In this document: in pieces, positions 57,527-64,000 of the stretch
How the letters are laid out: every line of letters starts with the position of its first letter
How positions within the stretch are numbered: the first letter of the stretch is position 1
Assembly: GCA_002269645.1 (NCBI GenBank)
Contig: NIVC01003811.1
Coordinates: 11,866-75,865 of the forward strand
DNA from: Macrostomum lignano
Lineage: Eukaryota
Reading direction: 5' to 3'
Length of the DNA: 64,000 bases
Notes under the pieces: model-generated
Database searches by the model: none
The model's input: the letters and a program-made list of their open reading frames with translations, nothing else
What the model was told of the DNA's origin: nothing
Made by a program: the position numbers and the translations under genes

Positions 57527-57605
57527 TATTGGCAGCAACAGAAGAAGCACTTGTATCCTTGTTAATGCTAGTGTTGTCCTTGATGCTGTTTTTGTCGTTG
57601 CCCAT
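57527..57605 (-). CDS. RepHel exon 1 (start codon)
   Basis: ATG GGC AAC GAC...AAT A|GTAAGT, 79 nt, phase 1. The three exons sum to 6480 nt, a 2159-aa frame without internal stops. Confidence 0.65.
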
Positions 57606-59099
57606 CCTGTCTAAATAAACATGTTAGTAAATATTTCAGAATGATAAAGAAACTAATTAGCTAAACACAGAAAACATGCTACTCTTTACCAAGTTAACTC
57701 AACTCTTTTCTGGTGGCAAATTTAGTTAAACTACGAACACTAGCACTGCTACTGGATTGTGGATTAATATGCTGCAGCATAATATACTGGCATATAGGCG
57801 GTGTGTGCCATGTAGTTTTTGTGCTTTCAACATTTTTTCTTGGATTTAGTGCATATTTTCTAGAGTTTTTTCAGGCATATTCCATGTTTTTGTACATGCT
57901 TCTAGGAATTCTATATCAGCAAAAAAACATCCCTTGGTAAAAATTCACCATAAACTAAGTGTCTAGCACTTTCAAGCATTGCTTGATATAAGGAGCATTG
58001 GCATGTATATATTGTCTAGCAAAAATGCTAAATTTATAATAAATTGAGCAGAATTTATAAAAAGTGTCCACAAACTTCTACCATTAAGCAGAGTACTACA
58101 GATATTTGTACTATGCTAAACATATGAAGAAATAAAAAGAATACTTACTTCAAAACTAAAGTCTTAAGTCAAAATTATGCAAACAAAAGGAAAATTCAAG
58201 TTAAATTTGACTGATAACTACAAAATAAAATGTGAAAGGATGAGTACTTTTAAAAGATATATGTAAATATGACTATAATTTATAAAAATATGGAGCAAAA
58301 AGCAAAGCAGAGAAAAAAAACGTAAATATTTGGCAGAATACAATTAATTAGCTATAAAATAATATTAAAGTACTATACTTCAGTTATATTTCAAATAAAA
58401 TTTGAAGCTTACACTTACAGTGTAAAACTGATAACAATTGAATATATTACAATTAAAACTTGTACTTGTAGAATATAATATATTGTACAATAATTATATA
58501 TAATGTAGTAGGATACGAATAAATAGCGTAACAAAACCGAATATTATAGCTACAGATTGAAGCTTGAAAATATTTCAGATTTAGATAGCGTTTGCTTAGA
58601 TAAGTTGCTTTGAAAATTTGGGGTCAAATTTGTCCTACAGCAATAAACTACTGTTAACATAACCGATTTAAATTTAAATTTTTGTAGAAATTATAAGGAA
58701 CAGAACGACTGAAATGTACAGTTTAATTATTTCAAAATTAAATAATTTCGAATTCTATTTTACCTTATTGCTTTCTTCAATTAAATTTTGTTATACAATT
58801 TATAAAATGCCTATTTTCAAAATATACCTCAAAAAGTAAGTTCAACAGCTTTAAAAATGCGCACGTTTTTACACTTCACGGCTCCAAAAAGTCACCATAG
58901 AAGATTTTTGCAGGACGCAAGACTTTTTACGTTACAAAATAGCACTTTTATGTGCATTTTTTATTCAGTTTCAAAAGGCTTTTTAGTTACCTATTTGGTA
59001 TTTTTTGTTTTAAAGATTTTTGCGAAATCAGGTCATTTTAACTTGTTACGAAACTGTGGACCCACACTTTTACGCAACGCAATGCGCATGATGTCATCT

Positions 59100-60160
59100 T
59101 AAAGCACTTGCTAAATGCTATTTATTGACACTACACTGAAGGCCTGGCGTAGGATAGTTAATAAATGGCAGCGTGAAATATAGCAAAAAAACGCATAGTA
59201 CCGGAACCTCGTAATTCGGTAAAATGTTAATAGCGTCAAAATACGAATTTTCGCACACTAACGAAGATGGCAGTCATCTGTACGTGTTTACTGGGCACAA
59301 TAGTGCTCTTGGAAGCTAAGAACCTCATAGCGAAAATTAATATATTTTCCGCCCTATGTAGTGCTCAAATGGGTTGTTTTTGCACAAAATCACGTTTTTC
59401 GATTTTGAGAGTCAATTAAAAATTTTTTTTGCAACTGACAGACGTGAATGTCACTTTTTCTGAGAGTATTCATCTAGATGTTTCTAATAAGTACTAATAT
59501 GGGTCATTCTTATGCTTCACCTATCCTTAGTATAGGTACAAAGTCATTATTTCATTTCCAGCAAGTCACGTGACCTGGCCTGAGGTGTACAACGCATCGT
59601 GCAATGCCAGCGAACATACACTCAAATTAAAGCACTTTTTAAATGCTAACTATTGACACCACACTGAAGGCCTGGCGTAGCATCGTTAATAAATGGCAGC
59701 GTGAAATATAGCAAAAAAACGCATAACACCGGAACCTCGTAATTCGGTAAATGTTATTAGCGTAAAAATACGAATTTTCGCACACTAACGAAGATAGCAG
59801 TCATCTGTACGTGTTTACTGGGCACAATAGTGCTCTTGGAAGCTAAGAACCTCATAGCGAAAATCAATAAATTTTTCACCCTATGTGTGCTCATATAGGT
59901 TGTTTTTGCACAAAATCACGTTTTTCGATTTTAAAAGTCAATTATAACAAAATTTTGCAACTGACAGACGTGAATATCATTTTTTCTGACAGTAGTCATC
60001 TAGGTGTTTCTAATAAGTACAAATTTTGGTTCATTCTTACGCTTCACCTATCCTTAGTATAGGTACAAAGTCATTATTTCATTTCCAGCAAGTCACGTGA
60101 CCTGACCTGAGGTGTACAACGCATCGTGCAATGACAGCGAACATACATTCAAATTAAAGT
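59100..60160. repeat. About 528-bp diverged tandem duplication in the Helentron 5' region
   Basis: ACTGAAGGCCTGGCGTAG at 59135 and 59663; the whole units align with scattered substitutions. Confidence 0.9.
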
Positions 60161-62510
60161 ACATCTAAAATGTAGTTCAATGACACCAAGCGCGTCGCGC
60201 TCCGGTAATCCGCTCAAAAGTTACAGGCTAAAAAGTATGTTCGATATGCAAGCCCCCCGTACCGTCGTTAAAGTACATTTCTGTACCGGCAGCGACTTCA
60301 ATAAACTAAGACGAAATTTCAAAATATACATATTGTGCGCAATTTAGTTGTGCACCTTGCCTAAAAAGTCTGATTTTCCTAGCATGTCGTCGTTTCTTAT
60401 TTTTTGTACATTTGTATCATGAAAAATACATAAAAATAGCCTAAATCACGTTTATCGACTTTAGCAGTGTATGGCTCAGAGTCAGTGCAACGAAACGGCT
60501 CAAAATGTATTATAAACATGTAGATCTTACCTAAATGACCGCATTCATGTACTTTTTAGAGTCTCGCAACAAGGTTGAATTTCCTTTATTTCGGTTCGAA
60601 TACCTACCCGTCGAATATTCGAATGTAATTAACAGGTGCGAATGTACAGTTAAAGTGAGTATCTTGGTTAAAGTCGTGCGTCATGTAAGAGTCCCAGGTG
60701 CCATTGTTAGAATGACGCAGCTCAAAGGTCGCGCTGACGCGCGACCTTTGAGCTGCGTCAGTTGAAAGTTGATAAAAATGCGCATTTTTTGACACTTAAA
60801 AAACACACTTTTACAGAATTACCTATCAAGGTAAGCATTTAGCGGAAAATAACCAATCAGTGTCTTGAAGGTCTGAAAATTCGCCAAAAGTTGGGTTCAA
60901 TCAATTTTTGACTCCATATTGTGAATCCTTATTTTTTGAGATTCAAGATTTGGACGGGTCTAAAAAAAGTCACTTTTTTGTTGCCATGGCAACCAAGACG
61001 CGTTGCTATGGAACTTTCACGTCACACATCTTGTAGCCCTAAATGTTTTACGTCCATAGAGGGGTCACACATGGTTTCATCTCAAGTGGTTTTAACTCTG
61101 CATCAATTTTATTTTCTAAAACGTTGATTTTACGTTGGGGGAGTCTCCGGGACATCTTATCTCGGTCTCGTTTGTCCGAAAAATTGCCAACGAGGAGCGA
61201 AGCGAGCGAAGCGTTGTTTTTGCCAAAATCACGTTTTTCGATTTTAAAAGTCAATTATAACAAAATTTTGCAACTGACAGACGTGAATATCATTTTTTCT
61301 GACAGTAGTCATCTAGGTGTTTCTAATAAGTACAAATTTTGGTTCATTCTTACGCTTCACCTATCCTTAGTATAGGTACAAAGTCATTATTTCATTTCCA
61401 GCAAGTCACGTGACCTGACCTGAGGTGTACAACGCATCGTGCAATGACAGCGAACATACATTCAAATTAAAGTACATCTAAAATGTAGTTCAATGACACC
61501 AAGCGCGTCGCGCTCCGGTAATCCGCTCAAAAGTTACAGGCTAAAAAGTATGTTCGATATGCAAGCCCCCGTACCGTCGTTAAAGTACATTTCTGTACCG
61601 GCAGCGACTTCAATAAACTAAGACGAAATTTCAAAATATACATATTGTGCGCAATTTAGTTGTGCACCTTGCCTAAAAAGTCTGATTTTCCTAGCATGTC
61701 GTCGTTTCTTATTTTTTGTACATTTGTATCATGAAAAATACATAAAAATAGCCTAAATCACGTTTATCGACTTTAGCAGTGTATGGCTCAGAGTCAGTGC
61801 AACGAAACGGCTCAAAATGTATTATAAACATGTAGATCTTACCTAAATGACCGCATTCATGTACTTTTTAGAGTCTCGCAACAAGGTTGAATTTCCTTTA
61901 TTTCGGTTCGAATACCTACCCGTCGAATATTCGAATGTAATTAACAGGTGCGAATGTACAGTTAAAGTGAGTATCTTGGTTAAAGTCGTGCGTCATGTAA
62001 GAGTCCCAGGTGCCATTGTTAGAATGACGCAGCTCAAAGGTCGCGCTGACGCGCGACCTTTGAGCTGCGTCAGTTGAAAGTTGATAAAAATGCGCATTTT
62101 TTGACACTTAAAAACACACTTTTACAGAATTACCTATCAAGGTAAGCATTTAGCGGAAAATAACCAATCAGTGTCTTGAAGGTCTGAAAATTCGCCAAAA
62201 GTTGGGTTCAATCAATTTTTGACTCCATATTGTGAATCCTTATTTTTTGAGATTCAAGATTTGGACGGGTCTAAAAAAAGTCACTTTTTTGTTGCCATGG
62301 CAACCAAGACGCGTTGCTATGGAACTTTCACGTCACACATCTTGTAGCCCTAAATGTTTTACGTCCATAGAGGGGTCACACATGGTTTCATCTCAAGTGG
62401 TTTTAACTCTGCATCAATTTTATTTTCTAAAACGTTGATTTTACGTTGGGGGAGTCTCCGGGACATCTTATCTCGGTCTCGTTTGTCCGAAAAAATTGCC
62501 AACGAGGAGC
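59900..62510. repeat. About 1.31-kb near-identical tandem duplication (59900-61198 and 61214-62510)
   Basis: Identical ORF-track entries recur at offsets of 1311-1312 (60535/61847, 60604/61916, 60921/62232). Confidence 0.95.
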
Positions 62511-62551
62511 TACGCTCGCTTCGCTCGCTTCGCTCCTCGTTGGCAATTTTT
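62491..62551. other. Subterminal hairpin (20-bp perfect stem, 21-nt loop) next to the 5' sub-TIR
   Basis: AAAAATTGCCAACGAGGAGC - TACGCTCGCTTCGCTCGCTTC - GCTCCTCGTTGGCAATTTTT; extends to about 26 bp with one mismatch. Confidence 0.9.
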
Positions 62552-64000
62552 CCGGACTGCACTTCGACCTAACTAGCTAATGTTAGTCAGCTTAAGTTGA
62601 ACAGCTGCTGTAGCCCAACAACCGTTGCAAAGCACACCCAAAAGTCTCATGATGAGTTGGCGGATCAACTGTTTACCTGCAGCTGTCGTACTACTCATAG
62701 GCGGATGTTTAATGGGTAAGTTTTCCGCAACATAATTTAAATTTATCTTGTATTACATGCTCTGCTCTTTATTAATTAGTATGTTTCCTGAGTTATAAAA
62801 TACTTCAGATTCTGTTTTAGGAATTTTTAATAATCCAGAGATTTAAGACCCCCGAAAACCCCCCTATTATAGCGACGAAATTATAATCCTATATTAGTAT
62901 TAAAATCGCAGATATTACTTATTTGTCTATTTCATAAACCTACACTACGAGTAAAACAAGTCTTCAGCAGTTGTCCTGTCCACCCTTCCGGCTGCATCTC
63001 TTGTCCTGGACAGGGACTTCAGCTAGCTCTGGGCTCAGATTAGAAAGCCCTGGCCCGAGGGCCTTGGGGCCCACAGCCTCAGCATTTATTGGCCTGAACT
63101 TCAATAGATTGCTCAGACTTTCATTGAAGATTAGGTCAGTAAGTTCATCCAGTGTTTTTTTAAAAATCCTCTCAGCACTAAACTCCCGCCATTCCTTTTC
63201 TTCTGGTGCAACGAAAACCAAGGATTTTAGATGCTGACCAAATTTTCAAGTAGGCCTTGTCGCCAATTCATGCTATTACGATTCTGCTGCATTGAAATTC
63301 CCAGCTAACTTTTACGTAGGAACTACGTACATGTAGAGTTACCAGCAGTGCAATATAAAACGCCAAGAAATTCTTCGAAAAGTATTTTCCTCTATGCTTA
63401 TACCTATAACTTCTGATCAATTTTAGGCGGCGTCTGTTCGAAAGATTATAAAGGGTAAGACTTGCAATGTCTTTATTAGCCACTACCTTTTTATTTTTAA
63501 ATTAGGCATTACTGTATTATTTAACTATCATTATCTCATTCCACTTTAGAGGCAAAAGAGGTTCAGCAGAGCTGCTCAAAGGAGACAAAGTAAAGGTGTC
63601 CGAAAGTCTCAGGCAGTATATGGACAGAGACGGAACCAATTTTAAATATGACGAAGTCACAGTGTGCGAACTAAAGAATTCAGAGCTGCCCTGATAAGGT
63701 TGACTATTTGGTCAACGTTCCCTTTTCTGAAGTGAGCTCTAAAGCCAGCACGAGATCCCACTGCTGCGAGTCTCTCGTGCTGCACTGCTGATGTCAATTT
63801 GCGTTGAAATTAATAAGTGACGATAGTCGGTCACGCTACACATTACTTGTTGTATCAGTAGTTTTACCTTTGCCATTTTAATGCTCACCGTTTATGCGCG
63901 ACTGTGTGGTGTAAGTCAACGCGAATCTTATGTTTGGGTTTGAATTCTCGTAGGGGGTAGAGGCATATAGATTTCAGACCGAATATTTATATAATGGCAA

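Larger units (their letters stand above)
43870..62572 (-). mobile_element. Helentron/Helitron2-like rolling-circle transposon, apparently complete (about 18.7 kb)
   Basis: Perfect 13-bp sub-TIRs AGGTCGAAGTGCA (43896-43908) and TGCACTTCGACCT (62558-62570). Short 3' hairpin AAGGTG-TGC-CACCTT (43878-43892) and terminal CTAG (43870-43873); long hairpin next to the 5' end; encloses the RepHel gene. Confidence 0.75.

Noticed and set aside
62964-63260. Possible terminal exon of a host gene on the minus strand (85-aa ORF)
   Set aside because: Protein-like, but no recognisable motif and no convincing upstream exon, so it was not annotated.

Overview
Repeat-rich eukaryotic nuclear DNA, probably an invertebrate (spliceosomal introns, standard code). 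No prokaryotic features, CRISPR arrays or RNA genes were found. The only recognisable host gene is a divergent MTMR14/EDTP-like myotubularin at the left edge (minus strand, runs off the window). Three large, apparently complete mobile elements fill about 42 kb. (1) A young 13.15-kb LTR element (8124-21273; 2.2-kb LTRs, TCTA TSD, tRNA-Leu PBS) encodes Gag plus a -1-frameshifted protease that ends in a stop, with no RT, RNase H or integrase. It instead carries orphan ORFs behind an internal promoter and an array of PBS-like motifs, and it is inserted into a decayed MULE-like transposase gene. A diverged second copy of the protease end at 26.7-27.1 kb keeps the same stop and shows mostly synonymous change, so the pol-less design looks like a conserved family trait. 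(2) A 9.9-kb Ty3/Gypsy element (30567-40471; CTAG TSD, tRNA-Gln PBS) carries a cold-shock domain between the Gag zinc knuckle and the protease; this copy has one nonsense codon and one frameshift. (3) An about 18.7-kb Helentron/Helitron2-like element (about 43870-62572; 13-bp sub-TIRs, terminal hairpins) has a 3-exon OTU-Rep-PIF1 gene, a 5.2-kb internal 15-bp satellite with higher-order repeats, and a duplicated 5' region whose hairpin loop is inverted between copies. The rest is minisatellites, MITE-like elements and low-complexity DNA. Family assignments rest on recalled motifs, not on database searches.
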